Below are positions 47,602-56,825 of a stretch of 64,000 nucleotides of DNA, piece by piece. The stretch is taken from assembly GCA_043821365.1 (NCBI GenBank), contig JBDRCX010000002.1, forward strand, positions 1 to 64,000, read 5' to 3'. The position numbers and the translations under genes are program-made. Position 1 is the stretch's first letter, and each line of letters starts with the position of its first letter. Below the pieces are notes generated by a model, which was not told the DNA's origin, ran no database searches, and saw only the letters and a program-made list of their open reading frames with translations. The stretch is from Candidatus Micrarchaeota archaeon. Its GTDB lineage: Archaea > Micrarchaeota > Micrarchaeia > Anstonellales > Bilamarchaeaceae.

Positions 47602-48375
47602 TTAAAAAACTAGCTTCATACCATCTTTGGCAGCAATCGTTTTTACTCCACTTAATTTTTCGATTCTTTCAGCTTCTAAAGTTGGGCCAGCTCTAAGCAT
47701 TTTGATTCCCATATGCGTTATCACGCATGTTTTCGGCTGTGCTTCCTTAATTATCCTGACAACATCGTCTGTTTTCAAATGGCCTTCATATTCATCATTT
47801 TTTGGTTTTATGCAATTTATGATCAAAGCATCACAACCAGAAAATTCCTTACCAAATTCTTCTCTATATTCTGTATCGCTAATATAACCAACTACAACAT
47901 TATCTACTGTTAACTTAAACCCAAAATTACTTTCTTCATCATGCTTTAATTCAAGAATTTCAATTTCAAAATTTCCTTTACTAGTTTCAAATTTTTTCTT
48001 ATCACCGTACTTAGCTGAATAAACAGTGGAAACTTTTGACTGGTGCCATCTTCCTATCCCTCTATCTCTATCATCACTTCCATCTATGGTTTGCTTACTT
48101 CCAATCAAAATTCCTCTTTTTTTCAATGAATAATTAGTCATTCCCTCTATCAAAACAGCAGCATCGCTTACATGGTCAGTGTGGTTATGAGTTACAATAA
48201 TACAATCAAGATGCAAAGGATCCTGCCTATTCCTAATAGAATGCAAAAGTGCACCAGGTCCTGGGTCAACATGGATATTTGCTGAACGGGAGTTTATCCT
48301 AAATCCACCTGTCCCTCTAACCTGTTTTATAATATTAACGCGGCCACCGCCAGTTCCAAGAAAAACAAGTTCCAT
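47602..48375 (-). CDS. MBL-fold metallo-hydrolase
   Basis: FLGTGGG, VDPGPG, THNHTDH, YISDT, GHL, THMG. Confidence 0.88.
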   Translation of the reverse strand: MELVFLGTGGGRVNIIKQVRGTGGFRINSRSANIHVDPGPGALLHSIRNRQDPLHLDCIIVTHNHTDHVSDAAVLIEGMTNYSLKKRGILIGSKQTIDGSDDRDRGIGRWHQSKVSTVYSAKYGDKKKFETSKGNFEIEILELKHDEESNFGFKLTVDNVVVGYISDTEYREEFGKEFSGCDALIINCIKPKNDEYEGHLKTDDVVRIIKEAQPKTCVITHMGIKMLRAGPTLEAERIEKLSGVKTIAAKDGMKLVF

Positions 48376-48395
48376 GTTCTTGATTTAACACTAAA

Positions 48396-49295
48396 TTATT
48401 TAATCATCTTGCAGAACATGCAAATTCCCTTTGATGAAGCTTCGCCACAAGAAGAGCAACTACCTATTTTTTTTATTTGTCCATATTTTTTACGTAGTGC
48501 ATCCTCTATTTCTAGAAATGAATTCACTATCTTGAATTTTGTCCCAGGGTATCTTTCTTCACTTTCATTAATCATCTTTCTTACATGCCCTCTGAAAGCA
48601 AATCTTGCATATGGACATTCAATATGTTCAAGATCAATTTCTTTCAATAAAGCATAGATGGCTATTTCTTTTTCAGGGGTTAACATGAGTGGTTTTATCC
48701 TTTGTACTAATTTTATATCATCAAAAAGAGGTTCATTAAATCTTGCAAGGCGTGAAGGTTCATTCCTCATAATATTCATCAAAACTGTTTGTGCAACATC
48801 ATCAAGATTGTGTCCAATTGCCAATTTGTTTGCTTTTACTTCTTTTGCACCTTTATTGAGCATATACCTTCTTATCACACCACAAAAACTGCAAGGTAAT
48901 TTTTCTTCATCATTTTTCTCTATTTGATCAAGTGTTTTTCCAGCAACTTCTTTGAAAGAAAACACATGATGTTCAATTCCGAGTTCTTTACATTGTTTTT
49001 TTGCTATTTTGAGTGTTTTAGCCCGGTAGTTTTTGATTCCTTCGTCTATGGTTATGGCAACAAGTTCAAATGGAAGGTCTTTTTGCAGTTGATAAAGTGA
49101 TTGAAGTAAAACACAACTATCTTTTCCTCCAGATAGTCCAACAGCTATTCTATCTCCCTTTCGGATCATTGAAAATAGTCTAACTGTTTTTCTGAACCGT
49201 TTGTCAAACATCTTGATAAAATGCTTCTCACAAAGATATTTGCTGGAGTAAGGTAATACCACAATTGGTTCTTTTCCACAATAGCATTTATTCAT
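48396..49295 (-). CDS. tRNA 2-thiolation protein (TtuA/NcsA, TIGR00269-like)
   Basis: LSGGKDS PP-loop, CSFCGVIRR, GHNLDD, CPY, N- and C-terminal Zn fingers. Confidence 0.93.
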   Translation of the reverse strand: MNKCYCGKEPIVVLPYSSKYLCEKHFIKMFDKRFRKTVRLFSMIRKGDRIAVGLSGGKDSCVLLQSLYQLQKDLPFELVAITIDEGIKNYRAKTLKIAKKQCKELGIEHHVFSFKEVAGKTLDQIEKNDEEKLPCSFCGVIRRYMLNKGAKEVKANKLAIGHNLDDVAQTVLMNIMRNEPSRLARFNEPLFDDIKLVQRIKPLMLTPEKEIAIYALLKEIDLEHIECPYARFAFRGHVRKMINESEERYPGTKFKIVNSFLEIEDALRKKYGQIKKIGSCSSCGEASSKGICMFCKMIK

Positions 49296-49345
49296 TTTAT
49301 TACCACGGTGGTTCGTATCGAGCCGTTAGGCGAGACCAACGAACA

Positions 49346-49534
49346 TTAGCCTCCAAAAACTACTTTTATTATTTCAACTTTATCTGTTTTTTTAAGTTGA
49401 GTTGTTTCAGGCACAAGTTTTCCATTAACTTTTATCACTATTTCTTCTCTCATAAAACCAAGTTTCTTGACTAGTTCTATCATCGTACCATTAAAACTAA
49501 TTTTCTTCTTCTTATTGTCAATTATTATGTCTAT
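49346..49534 (-). CDS. ThiS/MoaD/SAMP ubiquitin-like sulfur carrier; no in-frame ATG at expected N-terminus
   Basis: Hand translation IDIIIDNKKKKISFNGTMIELVKKLGFMREEIVIKVNGKLVPETTQLKKTDKVEIIKVVFGG*; directly upstream of the thiolase; missed by ORF track. Confidence 0.85.
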   Translation of the reverse strand: MDIIIDNKKKKISFNGTMIELVKKLGFMREEIVIKVNGKLVPETTQLKKTDKVEIIKVVFGG

Positions 49535-49538
49535 TTCA

Positions 49539-49883
49539 TCACCTTAGAATAGCATCCTGATTGGTATATTTCTTAATCAACTTAGTAAAAAATCCAATGA
49601 TCCACTGTTCTTCAAAATCATTAGCCCAAATCCCTGCTACATTACCATTAATTCTAAATGTATACATTACTTCATCAGGTATTCCATCTCTTTCTGAATT
49701 CTTAAGTTCAGGTATTTTTTCAAATTGTTTAAGTTCGTTTTCATCTAACTGAAAAGTGCCGTAACCAGTTATTTTTCCCTTAACATTATGTATTATTGAA
49801 AGCTGATTTCCAGAGAATTTCAATCCCCATTCTCCATATCCAATTGGGTGATTAGCGCCTCCACTAGAAAACTCAACTTCCAT
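49539..49883 (-). CDS. Hypothetical protein
   Basis: 114-aa ORF leading the SAMP-ttuA-MBL run. Confidence 0.55.
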   Translation of the reverse strand: MEVEFSSGGANHPIGYGEWGLKFSGNQLSIIHNVKGKITGYGTFQLDENELKQFEKIPELKNSERDGIPDEVMYTFRINGNVAGIWANDFEEQWIIGFFTKLIKKYTNQDAILR

Positions 49884-49934
49884 GGACAAATTTGTGTGCG
49901 TAAGCTAAATAAGGCTTGGCTAATTAATAATTTC

Positions 49935-51158
49935 ATGAAGATCACATCCATATGGGCACGAGAGATACTTGACTCTAGGGGGAATCCAACTGTCGAAGTT
50001 GATGTTGCTACTGAGAATGCATTTGCAAGTGCCGCAGCTCCAAGTGGAGCATCTACGGGCACTCACGAAGCAGTTGAGCTTCGTGATGGGGGCACTAGGT
50101 ATCTTGGCAAAGGAGTCATCAATGCAGTTGATAATATAAACAACATAGTTGCGCCTGCATTGCTTGGTATGGATCCAACTGAACAAGAAAAAATAGATGA
50201 AAAATTAAAACAACTTGACGGTACTCCTTTCAAAAGCAAACTCGGTGCAAATGCTACTGTTGCAGTTTCTATGGCAGTTTTAAGAGCAGCAGCAGCTTCA
50301 GAAGGTAAAATGCTTCACGAGTATCTTGGTGGTGATACTCTACCATTTGCATTGTTCAACATAATCAATGGTGGGAAACATGCTGGGAACGGACTTGCAA
50401 TACAAGAATTTATGATAATTCCAGAAGCAGACATATTCTCCGAAAGGCTACAGATGGCAAGTGAAATTTATCACATTCTCGGAAAAAGGCTTGTTGATAA
50501 ATATGGTCCAACTGCAAAAAATGTCGGTGATGAAGGTGGCTATGCCCCTCCGATAAATAACGCATATCAAGCACTGGATGCCATTGTTGGTGCAATTGAA
50601 GAAGCTGGATATAAGGATGCATGTTCACTTGCTTTGGATGCTGCGGCATCCTCTTTTTATGACAGTAAAAAAGGTACCTATTCTATTGATTCAAAACATC
50701 TGAAAGAATCAGAACTAGTAGATTATTATCTTGATCTTACAAAAGCCTATCCCATAAAAAGTATAGAAGATCCATTTGATGAGGAAAGCTTTGAAGCATT
50801 TGCCGTTTTACACAAGGAAGCAAGAAATATTCAGATAGTCGGAGATGATCTTACGGTTACAAATGTTAAAAGATTAAAAGAAGCAATTTCTCATAAATCA
50901 ATAAACGCACTTTTACTGAAATTAAATCAAATAGGTACGGTAACAGAAACATTAAATGCAGTTAGTTTGTGCAAGAAAGCTGGTCTTAATATCGTTGTTA
51001 GTCATCGTTCTGGCGAAACAGAAGATTGTTTTATTTCTGATTTTACTGTTGGTATAAATGCAAAACAGATAAAAACAGGCGCTCCAGCAAGAGGAGAAAG
51101 AACGGCAAAGTACAATCAATTGTTGAGAATTGAAGAGAGGTTTGGTCTCTCTGGTTAA
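49935..51158 (+). CDS. eno: Enolase
   Basis: DSRGNPTVE, PSGASTG, NIINGGKHA, GDEGG, VGDDL, SHRSGET, QIKTG. Confidence 0.97.
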   Translation: MKITSIWAREILDSRGNPTVEVDVATENAFASAAAPSGASTGTHEAVELRDGGTRYLGKGVINAVDNINNIVAPALLGMDPTEQEKIDEKLKQLDGTPFKSKLGANATVAVSMAVLRAAAASEGKMLHEYLGGDTLPFALFNIINGGKHAGNGLAIQEFMIIPEADIFSERLQMASEIYHILGKRLVDKYGPTAKNVGDEGGYAPPINNAYQALDAIVGAIEEAGYKDACSLALDAAASSFYDSKKGTYSIDSKHLKESELVDYYLDLTKAYPIKSIEDPFDEESFEAFAVLHKEARNIQIVGDDLTVTNVKRLKEAISHKSINALLLKLNQIGTVTETLNAVSLCKKAGLNIVVSHRSGETEDCFISDFTVGINAKQIKTGAPARGERTAKYNQLLRIEERFGLSG

Positions 51159-51208
51159 ATAAAGGCTTAAAAAATATAGTGTGCAAGATTGCATAATAAA
51201 GTGAAATT

Positions 51209-52945
51209 ATGGTAGACAGAAAACCCAATCCAACAGATGCAAAAACATACTATCAAATGGGTAATGATTACTACGAAAAAGGCGACTATGACAAGGCCAT
51301 AGAAAACTACAATATGGCAATTTTATTAAATCCAATCTTCTCAGAAGCCTATTTCAATCGTGCTCTTTCTTATTATCAACTAAAAAACTTTGACAAATCA
51401 ATTGCTGATTATACAAAATCAATGGAACTTGACCCTCAAAATCCAATTATCTACAATAATCGAGGGGATGCATTTTATAGAAAACAAGATTTTCAAAGTG
51501 CAGTAAAAGATTATGATAAAGCAATTTCACTAAATCCCAATTACTTAAAAGCATTCTACAATCGTGGTCTTTCCTATGCTTCTATTGAAGAATATGAAAA
51601 AGCAGTGGAAGATTTTACTAAAGTTATTGGTTTGAAAGCTGATTTTGCAGAAGCCTATCACCTCAGAGGACTTGCATACGAGTATGCAGGTTCAATGTCA
51701 AGTGCAATTGCAGATTATGAAAAAGCACTTGAATTAAATCCAGAACTTACGGAGGCAAAAACACATTTAGATAGTGCCCGTTCCAAAAAAGACCAGGAAG
51801 GAAAAGGAGGGGAAGGTGGAACTGCAGATATAAAAATGCTTACAAAACCAAACATGAGCTTTACTGATGTTGCAGGTATGTCAAAGATGAAAGAAGAAAT
51901 CAGGGAAGCAGTTGTTTACCCGATGAGAAATCCAGACCTTGCAAGAAAATATGGTAAGCTTGGTGGTGGTGGTATTCTTATGTACGGGCCACCTGGTTGC
52001 GGTAAAACATTCATAGTAAAAGCAGCAGCAGGAGAATGTCATGCTGGCTTCATAAATGCTAAACTTTCAGATTTACTTGACATGTATGTTGGTAATACAG
52101 AAAAAAATATCCACAAGGTCTTTGAATTAGCCAGAAAAAATACACCATGTATTCTCTTCTTTGATGAAGTTGAAGCAATAGGTGGTAGAAGAGACCAACA
52201 GGAAGGTCAACAATATATGAAAATGGCAGTAAACCAGATGCTTTATGAAATGGATGGTGTTGAGGCCAATAATCAAAATGTGCTTATCATTGCAGCAACA
52301 AACGCACCATGGGATGTTGATCCTGCATTAAGACGTTCTGGTCGTTTTAGCAAAACAATTTATCTTCCAGAACCAGATTATACTTCTTGTGTTGCTATAT
52401 TGAAAATGCATGCAAAGAAAAGACCTCTAGGCAAGTTTATTCCATTTGGTGTACTTGGATTTGGAGTTTTGGGTTATGCATCTGCAGACCTAAAGGCAAT
52501 TGTTGATGATGCTGCTACCATTCCATGGAGACAGGCATTCCTTGGTATTGAGAAAAAAACAGAAGAACTAATGAAAGGTGGAATGTCAAAAGAACAGGCA
52601 GAAGAACTTGCACGAAAGCAGGTGCAGCAAAGACCGGTTACCATGGGAGACTTTGTACATGCAATTGTGAAAAAACGTTCCTCACTTCCTCCGTGGTATG
52701 AACAGGCAAAAAAACAAATCGGTAAGCAAGAAGAAATAACAATGGTCGATGGCAAAGAACACAAAAAAGTTACTGACAGCAAAATGGGACCTGGTGAAAA
52801 AGAAGCATTCAGAGACTTGCTAGGTACTATCAATGGCAGAAGTGAATGGTATAACAAAATTATCTATTCCATAAGAAAAGAATTGGTTCTTATTCTTTTA
52901 CGTTTAATAGTGGTAGTTACTGAACCTGGAAGGTTAATATTATGA
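51209..52945 (+). CDS. TPR repeats fused to a single AAA+ ATPase domain (Vps4/CDC48-like clade)
   Basis: 5-6 TPRs (AYFNRALSYYQL, YNNRGDAFY); GPPGCGKT, FFDEVE, AATNAPWDVDPALRRSGRF, RPVTMGDF. Confidence 0.9.
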   Translation: MVDRKPNPTDAKTYYQMGNDYYEKGDYDKAIENYNMAILLNPIFSEAYFNRALSYYQLKNFDKSIADYTKSMELDPQNPIIYNNRGDAFYRKQDFQSAVKDYDKAISLNPNYLKAFYNRGLSYASIEEYEKAVEDFTKVIGLKADFAEAYHLRGLAYEYAGSMSSAIADYEKALELNPELTEAKTHLDSARSKKDQEGKGGEGGTADIKMLTKPNMSFTDVAGMSKMKEEIREAVVYPMRNPDLARKYGKLGGGGILMYGPPGCGKTFIVKAAAGECHAGFINAKLSDLLDMYVGNTEKNIHKVFELARKNTPCILFFDEVEAIGGRRDQQEGQQYMKMAVNQMLYEMDGVEANNQNVLIIAATNAPWDVDPALRRSGRFSKTIYLPEPDYTSCVAILKMHAKKRPLGKFIPFGVLGFGVLGYASADLKAIVDDAATIPWRQAFLGIEKKTEELMKGGMSKEQAEELARKQVQQRPVTMGDFVHAIVKKRSSLPPWYEQAKKQIGKQEEITMVDGKEHKKVTDSKMGPGEKEAFRDLLGTINGRSEWYNKIIYSIRKELVLILLRLIVVVTEPGRLIL

Positions 52946-52949
52946 TTAA

Positions 52950-53012
52950 CTACAAACTTATTGTTTCATGCCCATTACCAGGGTAGCCCCCACCAGTCTT
53001 ATCTATAGCCAT
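52950..53012 (-). CDS. Putative 20-aa Gly-rich peptide MAIDKTGGGYPGNGHETISL
   Basis: GC-rich intergenic patch explained by Gly/Pro codons in this frame; TTTAAAA 21-27 nt upstream of ATG. Confidence 0.3.
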   Translation of the reverse strand: MAIDKTGGGYPGNGHETISL

Positions 53013-53078
53013 TTGGCCCGGATTTTATAAAATTTTAAATGAGGTGTAAACATGCCCCTGCATTTTTACGTCATCTAA

Positions 53079-53816
53079 ATGAGGTGTTATTCATGGAACG
53101 GGATTTACTTCCATATCAAAAAATTAGTAATAAAAATCGGAACATCATGTGTTGTTGAGAATGGGCAATTCAATTATGGAATTGCTAGAGGATTAGTGAA
53201 ACAAATCTGCGATTTAAAATCAAAAGGAATTGCGGTGGTGTTAGTTGTTAGTGGAGCAGCTGCTCTTGCAAGTGGCACCACTTCCAAAAGATTACTTGCA
53301 GCAAAAGGTAGCCAATTGCTTTTCAATAACTATTCTAAGCTATTTTCAGAATATGGTTTTGAATCATTTACTGCACTTTTGCATATCGATGATCTGGTTG
53401 ATACTGAACTGAAAAATAATCTACACTACCTTGCTTCGGCTGAGAAGATCATATGTTTAGTTAATGAAAATGATTTTGCAAAGCAAAACACAACAAACAA
53501 TGATATCCTAGCTGCAGAAATAGCCAAAACTATTGAAAGTGATTGTTTGGTTCTTTTATCTCCTGTTGATGGGTTTCTTGACCACAATGGAGTTAGAATT
53601 AACTATGTTGATTCTATTGCAAAAGTAAAATCGATGGTTAGGGAACATAAAAGTGAAAACGGTACTGGTGGAATGAAAACCAAGCTACATGCATTTGAAA
53701 GATGCGGCTGTATGGGAGTGCTAGCCAACGGTAGGCATTCCAACACTCTCCAAAGAATTTTATCCGGAGAGGATGTTGGATCGTTGTTTGTAGTAAAAGA
53801 GGAGAAAAATGATTAA
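53079..53816 (+). CDS. proB: Glutamate 5-kinase-like amino acid kinase without PUA domain; start ambiguous
   Basis: VIKIGTS, VSGA, VNEND, NNDILAAEIA, GTGGMKTK, GEDVGSLF. Confidence 0.75.
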   Translation: MRCYSWNGIYFHIKKLVIKIGTSCVVENGQFNYGIARGLVKQICDLKSKGIAVVLVVSGAAALASGTTSKRLLAAKGSQLLFNNYSKLFSEYGFESFTALLHIDDLVDTELKNNLHYLASAEKIICLVNENDFAKQNTTNNDILAAEIAKTIESDCLVLLSPVDGFLDHNGVRINYVDSIAKVKSMVREHKSENGTGGMKTKLHAFERCGCMGVLANGRHSNTLQRILSGEDVGSLFVVKEEKND

Positions 53817-53874
53817 TTCAATTTGTTTTTATCTGAGCTATTAGTTTATTATTTCTTTTCTACTTTTTTATATC

Positions 53875-55059
53875 ATGCTTGTTATCAAAAACGGAAGTGT
53901 CTTCATTAACGGAGATATCACCAAGAAAGATATTCTGATCGAAGATGGAAAAATCTCTAATATTAGTTCAAGCCTTGATGGAACAGAAACAATTGATGCA
54001 AGTGGAAAGATCGTTCTTCCAGGTCTTATTGATCCTCATGTTCATCTCCGTGAACCTGGAGATATTTATAAAGAAGATTTCATCACAGGAAGCAAAGCTG
54101 CCATTGCAGGTGGATTTACAACTGTGATGGATATGCCGAATAATAAATTTCCTACAATAACAAAGCAAAAACTCGACGAAAAAATCCAGTTGGCAAAAAA
54201 AGCAGTATGTGATATTCTTTTCCATTTTGGTGGTACTGATGATAATTTTGATGAAGTAAAAAAAGCAGATCCACAATCACTGAAACTTTACCTTGGAGAA
54301 ACAACTGGCATGCTTATTTTGAAAAATCAAGATTCAATTGAAAAACATTTCAACATATTCCCAAAAGAACGACCAATTGTTCTTCATGCTTCTGATCATT
54401 CAAAAGACGAATCAGTAAACCTACCAAAGACTTATGCCACAGTTGAAAATGCATCAAATCTAGCCAAAAAAACCAATCGTAGAATCCACCTTGCACATGC
54501 GTCTACAAAAAAAGAAATTGAAATTGCAAAACAATATAATAATTTCACAGTTGAGGCAGCTCCACACTATCTTTTTCTTTCATCTAATGATGCAAAAAAA
54601 CTAGGAGTATTTGGTAAAGTTTACCCTCCACTGAGAAGTGAAAAAGAACGATCAGAAATTTGGCAGGTTTTGCAAAAAGTTGATTGCATTGCAACTGATC
54701 ATGCACCACATACAAAAGAGGATAAGGAAAATGGGTGTGCTGGTTTCCCTGGTTTAGAAACAAGTTTGGCACTTATGCTTCGTGGTTCTGATCTTGGTCT
54801 TATTGATAGAAAATGGGTATTCAAAAGTATGAGTGAAAATCCAGCAAGGTTATTTAATATTCAGAAAAAAGGGAGAATTGAGAAAGGTTTTATCGGGGAT
54901 ATTACGATTCTTGATCCAAACAAAGTTTGGAAAGTGAAAGGAGAAGAAACTGAAACAAAATGCAAATGGTCTCCTTTTGAAGGAATGGAATTGAAAGGAA
55001 AAGTTCATTCAGTAATAAAAAGCGGAAATTTAATTTATCATGAATACGAATTTGTTTAA
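53875..55059 (+). CDS. pyrC: Dihydroorotase
   Basis: PGLIDPHVHLREPG, GGFTTVMDMPN, AAPHYL, YPPLR, IATDHAPH, SPFEG. Confidence 0.92.
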   Translation: MLVIKNGSVFINGDITKKDILIEDGKISNISSSLDGTETIDASGKIVLPGLIDPHVHLREPGDIYKEDFITGSKAAIAGGFTTVMDMPNNKFPTITKQKLDEKIQLAKKAVCDILFHFGGTDDNFDEVKKADPQSLKLYLGETTGMLILKNQDSIEKHFNIFPKERPIVLHASDHSKDESVNLPKTYATVENASNLAKKTNRRIHLAHASTKKEIEIAKQYNNFTVEAAPHYLFLSSNDAKKLGVFGKVYPPLRSEKERSEIWQVLQKVDCIATDHAPHTKEDKENGCAGFPGLETSLALMLRGSDLGLIDRKWVFKSMSENPARLFNIQKKGRIEKGFIGDITILDPNKVWKVKGEETETKCKWSPFEGMELKGKVHSVIKSGNLIYHEYEFV

Positions 55060-55913
55060 TTTATCCGTCCAATTGAAAAGTTTTCCCATCCAGCTCCATA
55101 TGTATAATCAATAGATAAACTTATTTGTTGATGGGCAACAAGCGGAATTTCCTCTGGCAAAGGCACAATCATCTTTGGCATTGTATCATCTTGTGGATTA
55201 AACCTCATACCTTCGCATGTTTCTGTTATTGATATTAGTCTAAGTGCATTCACAGTTCCAGTTCTTAACGCACGTAAGGAAATTTGAATTCTAACATCTA
55301 ATTCTTGTTCTTTTGAAAATAATATTTCAGAAGCATTTACTAATGAAGTAAGTTTCTCTGCTTTTGGGTGTGTTTCTCTAAATTCAAAATATGTTGTTGG
55401 TATGTAAACCAAGCCATCTTTATCTCCAAATGATGCACCAACTCCTTCTGCATAATTTACTATTCTCCTCGGTATTGTTATTGCCCCACTATCAATCCCT
55501 AATAAATGCTTGAAAACTGGTACTTGGGGTTCAACAACGCACCAGGTGCTCAACAATTCACCAACTAGTATATTTAGGTGTGGCAGATCATCTTTTGTCA
55601 TTTCTAGCGCATTCCCTACAATGAGTTTGATTCTATCATCCAAACCATTCCTCTCAAAATTTGCTTTTGCTATTTCTGCCATTCTTTCATCTTTTTCAAT
55701 TGCAATAATTTGTCTTGCGCCAGCGAGTGCAGCATAAATAGCCATGATTCCTGAACCAGTTCCAACGTCTACAACAATTCGATCTGGTGCAAGTTTCTCA
55801 AAAGCTCTTCTGAATGCATCATTTCTTCCTTTATTCCTAACAAATTCTATGTGTTCTGCAGCATGGAATGAACCACTCTTAGTATCTCTGAGGGTACTTC
55901 TCATTCTAGCCAC
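55056..55913 (-). CDS. Class I SAM methyltransferase, PRMT-like/COG4076-like
   Basis: RNDAFRRA, VVDVGTGSGIMAIYAALAGA, AIEKD, GELLSTWCVVEPQV. Confidence 0.85.
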   Translation of the reverse strand: MARMRSTLRDTKSGSFHAAEHIEFVRNKGRNDAFRRAFEKLAPDRIVVDVGTGSGIMAIYAALAGARQIIAIEKDERMAEIAKANFERNGLDDRIKLIVGNALEMTKDDLPHLNILVGELLSTWCVVEPQVPVFKHLLGIDSGAITIPRRIVNYAEGVGASFGDKDGLVYIPTTYFEFRETHPKAEKLTSLVNASEILFSKEQELDVRIQISLRALRTGTVNALRLISITETCEGMRFNPQDDTMPKMIVPLPEEIPLVAHQQISLSIDYTYGAGWENFSIGRIN

Positions 55914-56083
55914 CCAACATACAGCACAAATCCTGAGTTTGTTCTTTGGGTCTTAGAATGCATATCCCAAGAACGTTCACTAGTTTTGTGGTTCATAATG
56001 TTATTGTATGTTTTGTTCTATATAATTCGGTGTCGTAAATTTTTTTACGAAAGCTTTTTATTATTTTTAGTGGTTATTTACTT

Positions 56084-56821
56084 GTGGCATCGATAGATAG
56101 GAATATACTCAAGGAGTTTGGCCTTACTAATAATGAAGTTGAAATCTATCTAAAACTACTTATGAGTGGTTCAGTAACAGTCAATGTTATTGCAGAAAGA
56201 ACAGGTATGCATCGCCAGGCATGTTATGATGCTCTTGACAGACTTTTGGAAAAAGGGTTTGTTAGTTTTGTAATAAAAAATAATAAAAAAAACTTCCAGG
56301 CACTTCCTCCCGAACAACTTGTTATTTATGCAGATGATATGCGTTCAAAGCTTATCCAAATGCTTCCAGAATTAACAAAACTTAGGTCAGTACCAAAAGA
56401 AACAACCTCTGTTGAAGTGTATAAAGGCAAAAACGTGGTTCGTACTATTCTTCGTGATATGCTTAACCATATGAAACAAACACGCGAACCAACACTTATT
56501 CTTGGTATTGATGAGGGAAAATTTCGTGAATATGATAAGGCTTCAACTGAGAAATACATCTCAGATATACGGAAATTCGGTCTTAAAGAAAAGCTTCTTT
56601 CGTGTGAGGGCGCAACCGAATTTTTCCCTGGTAAACAATCAGAATATCGTCTTCTTCCAAAAGAATTTTTCAATCCAAATCCAACATATATTTACGGAGA
56701 CAAAGTTGTTTTTCTCATCTGGGGAAGTCCCATGTATGTAGTTATGATAACAAGTAAAGAAATAGCTGACACATCTAGAAAACAATTTAATGTTCTATGG
56801 AAAATAGCTAAAAAAAAGTAA
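56084..56821 (+). CDS. TrmB-family transcriptional regulator
   Basis: FGLTNNEVEIYLKLL, HRQACYDALDRLLEKGFVS, YIYGDKV. Confidence 0.88.
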   Translation: MASIDRNILKEFGLTNNEVEIYLKLLMSGSVTVNVIAERTGMHRQACYDALDRLLEKGFVSFVIKNNKKNFQALPPEQLVIYADDMRSKLIQMLPELTKLRSVPKETTSVEVYKGKNVVRTILRDMLNHMKQTREPTLILGIDEGKFREYDKASTEKYISDIRKFGLKEKLLSCEGATEFFPGKQSEYRLLPKEFFNPNPTYIYGDKVVFLIWGSPMYVVMITSKEIADTSRKQFNVLWKIAKKK

Positions 56822-56825
56822 AAAT

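Noticed and set aside
52950-53012. Complete lasso-peptide biosynthetic cluster
   Set aside because: Only the peptide pattern is present, with no cyclase, peptidase or RRE genes; kept only as a candidate small ORF
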